Source: Eledone cirrhosa
Lineage: Eukaryota
Direction: 5' to 3'
Length of the DNA: 64,000 nucleotides
Assembly: GCA_964016885.1 (NCBI GenBank)
Contig: CAXHJY010000967.1
Location: forward strand, 1 to 64,000
Within the stretch, counting starts at the first letter, position 1. Every line of letters begins with the position of its first letter. A model generated the notes under the pieces. That model was not told the origin of the DNA and searched no databases. It was given only the letters and a program-made list of their open reading frames with translations. Both the position numbers and the translations under genes were made by a program. This document shows, piece after piece, positions 1 through 11,920 of this stretch.

Positions 1-630
1 TTTTTCTTTTATATTCAATTATAATATACGGCTCGGAAAAATCTCTTTCCTAGAGCTATTTTATTGTAAGAGACTATTTTGAGTTTCTAACTCAATATAT
101 ACCTTTGATATATTCGGCTCCGTTAATTTGTTGAGCTAATTCAAATGTCGAATAAACCAGGCTGCTATTTTTAGTGGCGTAAGTTTGTGAGACGCGCTAA
201 GTGCAGATGCCATGTGCGTTGTTTATATAAGCACACTATTCAGTTTTTTAATATACTTAGAAGTGTCTAGGATACTAATTCTTCACCCACTGATGAGCAT
301 GAATTGGCATTCCTATTCACAATTAATATTGCGAAACAGCATTAGCAAAAGCTGTCTGGGTGATTGGTAGTTACCACAATTCCGGTTTGTACTTATTTTC
401 TTGATTTATTCTTAAATTGAGTCAGGCAAACACTATTGTCTATGGTTAGTATTCTTTTCACCTTAGCGAATCTGGTCCCTTATGATTTGAACGCATATAT
501 GTATATATCTGTGTTCGTTTTTCTTTTATATTCAATTATAATATACGGCTCGGAAAAATCTCTTTCCTAGAGCTATTTTATTGTAAGAGACTATTTTGAG
601 TTTCTAACTCAATATATACCTTTGATATAT
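1..630 (+). repeat. Penelope-like/retrozyme-like terminal repeat unit (517-bp period) carrying a hammerhead ribozyme
   Basis: 1-113 is repeated directly at 518-630; a type I hammerhead lies between the copies; the second copy ends at the (CAT)n tail of an RTE LINE. Confidence 0.6.
283..363 (+). ncRNA. Type I hammerhead ribozyme
   Basis: Stem I TCACCCA(283-289)/TGGGTGA(357-363); core CTGATGA 290-296; stem II GCA..TGC; GAAA 333-336; stem III ACAGC/GCTGT; cleavage triplet GTC 354-356. Confidence 0.88.
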
Positions 631-2494
631 CATCATCATCATCATCAACGTTTAACGTCCGTGTTCCACGCTTGCATGGGTTTGGACGGGGGTAGTCCCA
701 CTTGAGGCAAGAGTGATTGTCTTGCTCGCATAGGACTGTCTGGCAGGTTTTCTACAGTTGGATGCCCTTCCTAACACCAACCACATTTACAGTGTGGGTC
801 TGGGAGGTTTTTACCGTGTTGCCTACACGGCCACATTACAGCGTGGACTGTGTGTTTTTTTGTCGTGACACCTACACGATCTCATTTGTTTCGGCCTCGA
901 TGGCGCGGCACCAACATAACTTTACATAGAACGGGGTGGTGTGGATGGGGTAGGGGTGGGGGTGGTGGGACGGGGTGTATTTTGTTAGGGATGCCTACTG
1001 GCTGGAGTAGGTTTTACTATATATTTAGGTAAGGCGGGTCTTCTCTGTTACTGAGTACCGCCAAAGGTCTCGGTCCAGTGACATTGTCTTGGAGAGGTGT
1101 AAGTGTGTGATGTCGGAGTTTATCAGCTCGTCCCAGGTTTTTCTAGGTCTGCCTATTCCGTGACTACCGTCTATCTTTATTGCCCTGCACTTTGTTATAC
1201 AGCTATCGACTTTCATGCGCATCACGTGTCCATACCAACGTAGCCTTCTCTCGAGTAAACAACATCTGATCCCTCTTATCTCTAATTTTTTCCTTAGTTC
1301 GTTTATGCTTTGCCGTTCACGTATATTACTGTTACACATCCAGCGGAGCATGCAAGCTTCGTTCCTCTCTAGTCTGCGTATATCCTCTGCACACAATGCC
1401 CAGGTCTCACTGCCATGCAGCATTGCTGTTCGTATGCAGGCATCGTACAACCTGCCTTTCATTTTTAGTGAGAACCCTTTAGCAGCCAATAGTGGTATAA
1501 GCTCTCTGAACTTTTTCCAACCAGTTCTGACTCTAGCTACAGTACTTTCAGAGCACCCTCCCCCACTGCTGATTTTATCGCCCAGGTAACGGAAGCTGTC
1601 CACTATTTCTATAGAACCCTCTGCGCAATTGAAAGAGCTAGTAGCTTGTGGGCACTTGCTGCTACTTATTGCACCAGAGCACCGGCCACATGTAAAATCT
1701 ATGTTCTTAGTTAGCTTACCTGTGATCCCACTACATCTTTTATGCACCCATACTTTGCATTTAGGACATAAAATGGAGTTTCTACCTACGCCTTTCCTAC
1801 ACACCGAGCACGACCATTTCCCAGAAGGGACCGCCGCCTTGTTTTCTTTCCTACAAACTAGTACTTTGGTCTTAGCCAGGTTAATTTTAAGTCCTTTTGA
1901 CTCTAGGCCGTGCTTCCATGTTTGGAATTTCTTCTCTAGCTCGGCCATTGATTCCGCTATGAGTGTCAGGTCGTCTGCGTATAGGAGTTCCCATGGGCAG
2001 CCTGTCTTGAACTCCTCTGTTATAGCCTGAAGGGCAATAATAAATAGTAGTGGGCTGAGAACAGAGCCCTGATGGACGCCAACTTTTACGCTAAACTCTT
2101 CACTATATTCGTTGTTAATTCTAACCTTGCTGACTGTTTCTTTATACATGGCTTGTATAGCCCTCACAAGCCATTCGTCAACGCCTAGTTTTCTAAGAGC
2201 CCACCAGATAATGGAGCGGGGGACTCTGTCGAAGGCTTTCTCCAAGTCGACAAAAGCTAAGTAGAGGGGTTTACCTTTAGCTAGGTACTTCTCCTGTAGT
2301 TGTCGTACTATGAAAAGAGCGTCTGTGGTACGTTTGCCTGACACAAACCCGAACTGCATTTCATCTAGGTCAATTCTCTCTCTGATTAGTTGCGCTATTA
2401 CTTTTTCCGTGACCTTCATGACCTGGTCGATTAATTTAATGCCTCTATAGTTACTCCTATCTAGGGCGTCTCCTTTACCCTTATAACAGTTAAC

Positions 2495-2498
<4 letters not shown>
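631..2498 (-). mobile_element. 5'-truncated RTE-clade LINE with (GAT)n tail
   Basis: RT ORF 1025-2419; (CAT)n tail at 631-647; truncated at a (TA)n tract. Confidence 0.9.
1025..2419 (-). CDS. RTE-type reverse transcriptase (partial) with embedded PHD finger
   Basis: QFGF, FVDLEKAFDRVP, GVHQGSVLSPLLF and YADD motifs; CSVC..CPKC..HKRC..CGRC; RRLRWYGHVMR C-terminus. Confidence 0.9.
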   Translation of the reverse strand: MKVTEKVIAQLIRERIDLDEMQFGFVSGKRTTDALFIVRQLQEKYLAKGKPLYLAFVDLEKAFDRVPRSIIWWALRKLGVDEWLVRAIQAMYKETVSKVRINNEYSEEFSVKVGVHQGSVLSPLLFIIALQAITEEFKTGCPWELLYADDLTLIAESMAELEKKFQTWKHGLESKGLKINLAKTKVLVCRKENKAAVPSGKWSCSVCRKGVGRNSILCPKCKVWVHKRCSGITGKLTKNIDFTCGRCSGAISSSKCPQATSSFNCAEGSIEIVDSFRYLGDKISSGGGCSESTVARVRTGWKKFRELIPLLAAKGFSLKMKGRLYDACIRTAMLHGSETWALCAEDIRRLERNEACMLRWMCNSNIRERQSINELRKKLEIRGIRCCLLERRLRWYGHVMRMKVDSCITKCRAIKIDGSHGIGRPRKTWDELINSDITHLHLSKTMSLDRDLWRYSVTEKTRLT

Positions 2499-2540
<42 letters not shown>

Positions 2541-2544
<4 letters not shown>

Positions 2545-2690
2545 AGTTTATCCCAGGTTCAATCGGGGGTTAACACACTAAGTAAGGTATTCAATACATA
2601 GCAGAGTATCAATATTTAATTCTACAGAACTAGAACTGCTTCATTCGTGAGAAATCATCAGGAAGCTGACTGTCCAAGTAATATGGTGGT
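2541..2690 (-). mobile_element. Penelope-like terminal fragment with degenerate hammerhead
   Basis: Minus strand reads GCTTC-CTGATGA...GAAG-CAG..CTG-TA; homologous to 59745-59940; abuts (TA)n. Confidence 0.45.
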
Positions 2691-2899
2691 ATTTATATCT
2701 TTTCTGGTGGTAGGAGAGGGTGGTGATTGGGATGGGTGGAGGTCATTGGTTGATGGTTTTAAAGAAAAGGGAATTCTTGTGAGCCCCGCAAGTTGGAGTG
2801 GCTTTTCCAGCGAGTCTCCCTTGCCGTCCTCCGGGGAAATGCCTTCTCCATTCTGTCCGCCTGGGCTGTGGGGGACCCCATCATGTATCATTCCACTAA

Positions 2900-3324
2900 A
2901 TCAAGTTTAGGCCGACCTTACACAATTGCACCTCTGAAGAGCAATGACACACGACCGTGACCTCTGGCGTCACGCAGTAATACAGAAGACCCAACCCCCC
3001 ACAGGAACAAGCCGAAGCTGAAGCATATAGACAATATGCCCCCACATCCTCCCACTGCAAAGTAGTTGTGGAGGTGCCACGGCAAAAAAGCACCCAGCCC
3101 ACACTGTAAAGTGGATGTGTAGGCGCCATGGAAAAAGCACCCAGCACTCACTGTAAATGAGGTTGGTGTTAGGAAGGGCATCCAGCTGTAGAAATCAAGC
3201 CAGAATCAGTTCCTGTATGAGCAAGACATGGTCAGCTGACTGACACTGCCCACAACAGGACAATCCGTCTAACCCATGCTAGCGTGGAAGAATGGACGTG
3301 AAACAGTGATGATGATGATGATGA
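2900..3324 (+). mobile_element. RTE 3' fragment (ORF end, 3' UTR, (GAT)n tail)
   Basis: Encodes DRDLWRHAVIQKT, similar to the C-terminus of ORF 1025-2419; shared 3' UTR GTTAGGAAGGGCATCCAGC..AACCCATGCTAGCGTGGAA; (GAT)n. Confidence 0.75.
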
Positions 3325-3457
3325 TACACATATACATATATATATATATATATGTATATACAAACACATACATATATATACATACATACACACATATGTA
3401 CAAACATATACATACACATATACATATACAGATACACACACATATATATATATACAT

Positions 3458-3501
<44 letters not shown>

Positions 3502-3552
3502 TCACACACACATGTACATATACACACACATACTCACATGTATATATATATA
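3325..3552. repeat. Compound (TA)n/(CA)n microsatellite
   Basis: Visible low-complexity repeat; source of spurious YI/CV-rich ORFs. Confidence 0.95.
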
Positions 3553-3890
3553 TTGCAAGCAGGGAAAAGCGGACGTAAAATGATGATGATGATGATATTG
3601 AAGTACGTTATGCATGTGGAAAACGCAGATAGGTTAGAAGTACTTACATAACCATAGTGCCGTGAGGTGGGTCGAGATGGGGGTAGGGGTAGGGTGGGAT
3701 GGAGGTGGAGGGGATATTTTGTCGAGTGGGTTTTTCTTCTTAAGTTTTGTCAACCAAATTGTTTTTCAAAAGTGGGTGTGACAGTGTTTATTCATTAGTA
3801 CGTTTTCTTTAAAGGAAAAATATTTGAGTCCCCTGCGAGTGTGTGTGAATTTTTACCTTGCTATACACACATTATATATATATATATATA

Positions 3891-6308
3891 GAGGAACAGT
3901 GGGAATTCCTGAAAGCTAACCTGCTGAAGGCGGCAGATGAAGTCTGTGGCTGGAGCAGGCCTATAGGTAGGAGGAGAGTAACGTGGTGGTGGAACAGTAA
4001 GATGGAGGAGTCAATTAAGGCTAAAAAGCAGGCTTGGAAAGTATGGCGGAATGGAGGAAGTAGAGAAGACTATCAAGTGGCCAGGAGGGAAGCTAGGAGA
4101 CAAGTGTACTTCGCAAGAAGGGAAGCAGAGGAAAGAAAGCATGTTCTACAACGCGAGGACCAAAAACGTGAGGTGTTCAGGATTACTAGGCAATGTGTCA
4201 AGGAAAACCGTGCTATTGTCGGAGAGAAGTGTGTCCTTAATGATGATGGTGTACTTGCCATCACTGACGCTGATAAGAAGGTAGCTTGGAAGTGTCACTA
4301 CGAAAGGCTACTAAATGAGGAGAATAAATGGGTTTCTCCCATTTATTCTTCTCATTGGGGGACAGTCTCCTTTGGAAATAGTTGCTGAAATGCTGAAAGC
4401 ATCTGGAACGGTGGGACACCCTATGGTCACCCGGATAGTAAACCAAGTCATACAGAATGGGGTCGTTCCGAAGGACTGGCGTAGCAGCATCATCATTAAC
4501 TGCTAAATGAGATGCCCTAGATAAAGGTAACTATAGAGGCATTAAATTAATCGACCAGGTCATGAAGGTCAGAGAAAAAGTAATAGCGCAACTAATCAGA
4601 GAGTGAATTGATCTAGATGAAATGCAGTTCAGGTTTGTGTCAGGTAAAAGTACCACAGACGCTCTTTTCATTGTACGACAGCTACAGGAGAAGTAGCTAG
4701 CTAAAAGTAAACCCCTATACTTAGCTTTTGTTGACTTGGAGAAAGCTTTGACAGACTCCCCCGCTCCATTATCTGGTGGGCTCTTAGAAAACTAGGTGTT
4801 GATGAATGGCTTGTGAGAGCTATACAAGCCATGTATAAAGAAACAGTAAGCAAGGTTAGAATTAACAACGAATATAGTGAAGAGTTTAGCGTAAAGGTTG
4901 GTGTTCATCAGGACTCTGTCCTTAGCCCCCTCCTATTTATTATTGCCCTTCAGGCTATAACAGAGGAGTTTAAGACCGGCTGCCCATGGGAACTCCTATA
5001 CGCAGATGATCTAATACTCATAGCTTAATCAATGGCCGAACTAGAGAAGAAATTCCAAACATGGAAGAATGGCCTAGAATCAAAAGGCCTTAAAATTAAC
5101 CTGTCTAAGACTAAAGTTCTAGTTTGTAGGAAGGAAAATAGGGCACCAGTCCCATCTGGGAAATGGCCATGCTCAGTGTGTAGGAAAGGAGTAGGTAGAA
5201 ACTCCATTTTATGTCCCAAATGCAAAGTATGGGTGGATAAAAGTTGTAGTGGGATCACAGGTAAGCTAACTAAGAATATAGATTTTATATGTGGCCGGTG
5301 CTCTGGTGCAATAAGTAGCAGCAAGTGCCCACAGAATACTAGCTCATTCCATTGCACAGATGGTTCTATAGAAATAGTGGACACCTTCTGTTACCTGGGT
5401 GACAAAATCAGCAGTGGTGGAGGGTGCTCCGAAAGTACAGTAGCTAGAGTCAGAACGGGATGGAAAAAGTTCAGAGAGCTTATACCACTATTGGCCGCTA
5501 AAGGGTTCTCACTAAAAATGAAAGGCAGGCTGTATGATGCCTGCATACGAACAGCAATGTTGCATGGCAGTGAGATCTGGGCATTGTGTGCAGAGGATAT
5601 ACGCAGACTGGAGAGGAACGAAGCTTGCATGCTCCGCTGGATGTGTAATAGTAATATACGTGAACGGCAAAGCATAAACAAACTAAGGGAGAAATTAGGA
5701 GTAAGAGGGATCAGATGCTGTTTACTCGAGAGAAGACTACGTTGGTACGGTCACGTGATGCGCATGAAAGACGACAGCTGTATAAAAAATTGCAGGGCAA
5801 TAAAAATAGACGGTAGCCAGAAAAACCTGGGACGACTTGCTAAATTCCGACCTCACACACATACACCTCTCCAAGACAATGTCACTGGACCGAGATCTTT
5901 GGCGCTACACGGTAATACAGAAGACCCGCCTTGCCTAAGTACAAAGCGAAACCTACAGTCAGTAGGCACCTCTAACAAAAATACACCCCGGCCCCACTAC
6001 CTCCACCACCCCTTCCAATGTAATGTTATGTTGGTACCACAGCATCCAGTCCGAAACAAATAAGGGCGTGTAGGTGTCACGACAAAAAAACACAACAGTC
6101 CACGCTGTAATGTGGCCATGTAGGTAACACGGTAAAAACTTTCCAGTCCACACTGTAAACGTGGTTGGTGTTAGGAAGGGCATCCAGCCGTAGAAAACCC
6201 GCTAGAGAGTCTTATACGAGCAAGACAACTAATTTTGCCTCAAGTGAGAAAATTCCGTCCAAACCCATGCTAGCGTGGAAGATGGACGTTAAACGATGAT
6301 GATGATGA
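3891..6308 (+). mobile_element. 5'-truncated, degenerate RTE LINE (same family as 631-2498, opposite orientation)
   Basis: ORF pieces 3858-4388 (TWWWN motif), 4813-5028 (YADD), 5032-6063 (PHD, RRLRWYGHV); stops and frameshifts; (GAT)n tail at ~6295-6308. Confidence 0.9.
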
Positions 6309-6331
6309 ATGTATAATAAACAATACAATAT

Positions 6332-6408
6332 AATTACCTCATTACCAGAGGTTTCCCGAATAAGACGAATATAGAAACGTCCTCATTCGTTCGTCAGACA
6401 AGGCAATT
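6332..6408 (-). ncRNA. Type I hammerhead ribozyme (copies 16300-16376, 26290-26366)
   Basis: Minus strand: AATTGCCTTGT-CTGACGA-stem II-GAAACCTCTGGTA-ATGAGGTAATT. Confidence 0.72.
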
Positions 6409-6621
6409 TAAAACTGAAATATTTGAAAAATCTCCTCAAGAAAGGCAAAAGTTTAACGGGCAAAAAAAATATATAAATAAACGTAATGCAAGAGATATAT
6501 AAAAATAAAATAAGGAAATATAGTAAGGGTATGTGTATAAATGTGTGTATATGCACCTACAAATGTATATATGTGTGTATGTACAAATATCAGTGTTTTT
6601 CAAATATTTCACTATGTTTTA

Positions 6622-6699
6622 AATTGCCTTGTCTGAAGAACGAATGAGGACGTTTCTTGTATTCGTCTTATTCGGGAAACCTCTGGTAATGAGGTAATT
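6622..6699 (+). ncRNA. Type I hammerhead ribozyme (copies 16590-16667, 26580-26657)
   Basis: Stem I 6622-6632/6689-6699 (11 bp including G-U pairs); CTGAAGA 6633-6639; GAAA 6676-6679; short stem III ACC/GGT; GTA 6686-6688. Confidence 0.72.
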
Positions 6700-8207
6700 A
6701 TATTGTATTGTTTATTATACATTAAATTTAGCTCTGTAACTTACATAGAACACTCTTCACTCCTATGACTTTTTCAATTTTCAACGGAAACTTCAATACT
6801 TATATATATATATATATATATATACTCAGAGAGGGTAACGCGGAGTTACTGTAGGTTACTGCGCACTCGATGTTTAGGTTCACGTCTGTATCGTGATGTA
6901 GAGCTAGACAGAGTGTAGTATAATAAAATAAAACACGTTTATTGGTTGGTGACGTGCGCTTCGCCACCGATCAGCTCAAGGTTCGATCTGTGTATAATAA
7001 CAATATAATATAAATTCATTGAACAAAAATGATAAAAGAAAGAAAAAAAGAGGGGTTGCAATTCACCACCAAGTGTGATAATCGGCCGCACCTCACAACT
7101 TAAACAAGTTTTGACTATGAAAATAGTCGAACAAATTTAACATAGACCTATGGATTTGAAATGTACGTAAAGAAAGTTTCCGTATTATAATCTTTCGCTT
7201 TATCACAACATCTTGACTTCAAATGATGACATACATAGAATAGTACAACTATAAGTGGAAGGGAGGGGTCAATGAAGGAAGCACCATTTTAAACTTAGCA
7301 GAAACGTTTTTCGGTATTTTTTTTTACCAATTAGTCTAAGAACATTTGGAGTTTTAAAATGATTTGATCGGAGATCGTATGTTAAGACTGAAGCAAATAT
7401 ATCGTGGAGAATCCATTTTAGCAATTTAAAAAAACCCCACAAAACTTATATTCATTTTTCATTGATACTGTTAAGTGTCACTAACACAGTTCCTTTTGTG
7501 ATTATATAAGTGACTAGTTTGTAAATTAAAAAGTAATAATTAATATTTTAAAAATATGTTGAGCTGTCAAGTGAAAACCTGTTTTATACACGAGAGAGAG
7601 AGATATACTTGCACGGTGTTTATTTACCTTAGTAAATGTTAGTTCCGTTTTCTAAAAGTTGCCTTTCCAGTTATATAGAAATCCTTGGCTACGTTTATTA
7701 GACCACGTTAACAATATTTATTTGAATTTTTAGTGCAGTGTTGGTTAGCTCTGACAGATCAAACCTATGACCATATCTCAGTTTTTTTTTCATATCCATT
7801 TCTGGCAGTCCGAGTGATCACATAGTTAACTCATAGAGTAGGTTTGATTTACAGGTTGTTCCTCTACTTCGTTTAAGAAAAAGAATAAACAAAGAGTTTG
7901 TTAAGTTTTTTAAAATAATCAAGGGAGAAATGCCACGTAAACTATATTTTCCTTTCTGCAAATTATAGCAAGTCCTTCAGCCAAGAATGTCACCATCCCG
8001 TCCTTCGTAGCTCAGAAAAACAAACAACAAAACTATGTGTATGTGCAAGTGACATAACATGTGTGAGTAGTTTACACAGCATAAGTAATTATGAGTGGCC
8101 ACACTTTGCGGGAATCAGATAAAATTAAAAAAAACATTATACGTTTTATTTTTTCGTTAATATTATTTTTTCTTCTCGCACCAAAGTAATATTCGGAAAT
8201 ACGTATA

Positions 8208-8550
8208 CTTCATCATCATCATCATCCTTTTACGTCCGCTTTCCCCTGCTTGTAAGGGTGGGACGGGAACTGATTCTGGCTTGATTTCTACAGCTGGATG
8301 CCCTTCGTAACACCAACCTCATTTACAGTGAGTGCTGGGTGCTTTTTTTGCCGTGGCACCTCCACGACCACTTTGCAGTGGAATGATATGGACCCCAGTC
8401 CCTATCATCTCATTTCTACAGCTGAGTAAACTGGAGCAATGTGAAATAAAGTGTCTTGCTCAAGGAAACAACACATCACCCAGTCTGAGAATTGAACTCA
8501 CAACCTTTCGATTGCAAGGCCAATGCTCTAACCACTAAGCTATGTGCCTC
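8208..8550 (-). mobile_element. RTE-tail short element plus adjacent SINE fragment (repeated in each array unit)
   Basis: (CAT)n tail and RTE 3' UTR motif; GAGCAATGTGAAATAAAGTGTCTTGCTCAAGG also at ~59610-59642. Confidence 0.55.
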
Positions 8551-11500
8551 CATATCCGAATATTTTCCACATTCGCTCCTGTTCGGAAATACATATGCTT
8601 CATATATCCGAATATTTTTCCCCAAACACTCCTATTTCTCATATAGAAAAACATGTATGTGTATAATATTTATGGATGTCTGTGCTGGAAGAAGGTGTTC
8701 ATAATAGAGAATCCATTGCTAAAACAGGAGTCTAGTAAGTATTCTCCATTCGTATTTAGATCGGGGGTCACCGTTCCTTCCAATCACTCATTTCCATGTC
8801 AGGTCGTTAGTGGAAACATGTGCATTGAAGTCTCCCATTGGGATATATGACCCAGTCTTAACTACATCTAACGTGGCAGTAACTTTTTCATAGAAGGGCT
8901 TGTGGTTAGAAAAAGCTATCTCACTTACCGCTTTTCATAGGCGCCGCTAAATTCCACTGCTGGTCTCTCCTCTTCCACGTGCGTCCAACTCCTTAACACC
9001 AGGAGCTGCCAAAACTCGCGTCCACACCGTTGCTGGTCACCACTAGAGAGGGCCATCTGCTGGCCCTTCCGGCCAAGCACCCTTCCGGTTGAGCACTCCC
9101 CCGCTTCCGGCCACCGCACGCCACACCATACCCACACGCCTCCCTGATCTCAAGGATCAATTTCCCCCTCGTCCTTCTCCATATGAAAGTCTGCTGTCCA
9201 GGTTGGTGGTTTACGACTTCTTTGCGATCTCCGCAGTGTTGGGGCAGCACTTTCGGTTTCCTCTTCCTCGGAGTCCGTTGAAACAGTGATTCTACAGACA
9301 TCCAGGACATGACGTGGTACTCCGTCCATGGACACATTGTTCTGGGAATTTACGGCCGTCACCGTTCCCCTTCCCCATTGAGATGTACAACGTGCATCTG
9401 GGGGCTTACCCAGACTTCTTCGCCCACCTGCACGAATGCACTCTCTCTCCCCACTGGCCGTTGTGGTGGCGTGCACGGGAGCCACCACTCGTATCTGAAT
9501 ACTGCTCTGTGTGGCACCGATTCCTCGACCTGTCTCACCCGAGGGGACATGTTGTACCAGAACACTGCCTCCATTGGTGAGATATGGCCCCGCTCCACCA
9601 TTGCCTTGATCGTCCGGTGGTGTCGCTCCACAATTCCATTCCCGCTCGGCCTGTGCGCTGCTCTGAAGAAACGGTCGACCTTCCATCCATCGAGCATCTC
9701 CCTCAGCGCCTCCGAGCGGAACGCTGCGCTGTTGTCCATTAGCAGTTCGTCCACAGGGCCCCGCTCCAAGAACACCTCTCTCAACGTCCGCATGATTTCC
9801 TCGGCCGTTCCAGTCATCATCTCCCTCCATATCGCCATCCGTCCTGGTCCACAGTCGACCATCGAGAGGTACGTTCCCTGTCGGTAGTGCGTTACATCCA
9901 CCGCCAATCGCTTCCAGTCGCGATCCACCGGGAGGCTTCCCGTTTCGTGTACACCCGGGGCGGGATCAATGGACTGACTTCGGACGCAGCCTCTAACCAC
10001 CCTTTGAACACTGTGTCTGTTAACGTCCGAGTCGATTCTCCTGGCTAGGAACAGGCTCCTATCCACTCCCATGTGGTGCATGTCATGCAACCCTTTCAGA
10101 TCCGACTCGGTCAGCCGACACACGGCAGCTATCTCATCTTCTACCTCCTCCGGCGCTTCCATCCAGGCTTTCTTCACCCTAGTTAAGATGTCCGCCCTAT
10201 TTTTCTCTGAGAGCACGAAAACTACGCTCAGCCTCAGGTCGAACTCGGTGGCCAGCTCTCCTAAAGTTCCCAGGCGGCGCTTTATCAGCATCTCCGCCGG
10301 CCCTCTCGTTCGCACTCTCTTTTCACTGGTGAGCACTGATCTCACCCATCCGAGTACAGTAGCCGAGTTGGTGCGTATCTCGATGGTGCGCACCCCCTAC
10401 CGCAGGGCGAGGTTCACCCCTCTCAACACCGCGTCCAGTTCGGCCACATTGATGTGGCTGCAGTCGTCCTTCTTTCTAAGCCAGGCTGCATCCTCGACCT
10501 CAACACCTCTTATCTCCAACGTGACACCCAGCGCTATGCTGCTGACATCACACCATACGGTCCCGCTCTGCGATTTGGGAACGTACCAGCGTCCCCGCAC
10601 TGGGTCGTCGGCCTTCACCCTCCCCACGATCTCCTGCATCATGGCCACCGTCCTCTCTCCCACTCTGTCACTCCAAGTCACTCCTCCCGCTCGTCTCTTG
10701 ACATAGCTGCATGCCGTCCGGAGCCACCCAGCAATAGGGTAGTGACCCACCAACTTTCCACACACCGAGAAAAGCTCCCGCCTACTCATACTTGGGTCCA
10801 GTTCTGGAACTTCATTTCCCCTCTGGAACACCAAAACGCCCGTCCTGTCTCGCCGTAGCCTAAGTCCCAGCGCGGCTCCTCCCTCTAACGCTTCTGACGG
10901 CTTCGCAGCCAGTCCATACTCCTGTAAATGGCTCGTGACCTCCGCCGCCGACACCACAGACTCGTCCACTAGGATGTCGTCAATATAGGAGTTAGTGGCC
11001 CGCTTCATCTTGTCAGCCTTTCCCAGAATGGTCTTGAGGACCGCCGCCATGATCTTCGGTGCGGAGCTCAGCCCGAAACCGAGCCTGGTCAGGCAATATG
11101 TCCGGCCCTTATACCTGACCAGCTGATACTGCCAGAGCTTCTCATCCATATGCAATTGCAAGTATGCCGACTTTAGATCTACGATTGCTGAACTCCCCGT
11201 CATGAGTCTCCACTCACGCAGGGTTTCCCCACAGACATCCGTGACCTCGCCACCCGTGTGGCATGACACGTGCTCGTTCATCTCCCGAAAGTCCAGCACC
11301 AGCCTCACCTAGTTCTTCGTGGGTTGCGCCACCGCCATTAACGGCAATACTCCGCACTTCACCTCCTCTTTCCAGGGAAGCAGTATGCCCTCCTCAATCC
11401 ATCTCTCTACCTCTCGCTCGAACTCGCTCCTAATGTTTCCCTTCAATGTGTGTTGATAGCAGCCCTCTTTGGTCTTCAGTGTTGGTGGTTCTCCCTTCCA

Positions 11501-11920
11501 GTACCACTCAACAACCCATCGCTGCCCATCGAACACGGCCTTGAAGTCTTTGTCCTGCACAATGTAAGCGGGGTATTTCTCCTCGTGGGCCTTCTGGTTC
11601 TCCTGTCGCGCGCATACCGATGCAGCGGCGCCAAACCACACACCGACGTTGTTCACTGTGACACCTCCTAGACGGCCAATTGCGTCCATGCCCATAACCA
11701 CGCCGATCCCCCCCCCCCACCACGCTGTCTACTACGATGGCAGAAAGCCTTATTTTCCTTCTCCGTACCGCTATTTCCATCTCGCTGCGACCTCGGCATT
11801 CAATTTTCCTGCCGTCGACTGCCCTTACGCTGCTCTTCCCTCTCCACCTCTGCGCCACCCCCGCGGTCACCAGTGTCGTCGTACAGCCCGTATCCACGCG
11901 GGCTCGCTGTGGCTTTCCCC

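Larger units (their letters stand above)
6308..6723. repeat. Inverted repeat (~105-bp arms), each arm a hammerhead; Penelope-like inverted terminal repeats (copies at ~16278-16691 and ~26268-26681)
   Basis: 6308-~6414 is the reverse complement of ~6616-6723 with few mismatches. Confidence 0.85.

Noticed and set aside
3232-3651. YI/CV/HT-rich ORFs here and at 45398-46623, 50760-51031 and 57423-57818
   Set aside because: Translations of micro- and minisatellites
9150-9830. Separate 226-aa ORF3 or env candidate in A
   Set aside because: Its C-terminus is the frameshifted integrase tail, which is in frame in B
10071-10858. Long antisense ORFs over pol (also 20068-20703, 36489-37124)
   Set aside because: Expected shadows of a GC-rich coding strand; no recognisable motifs
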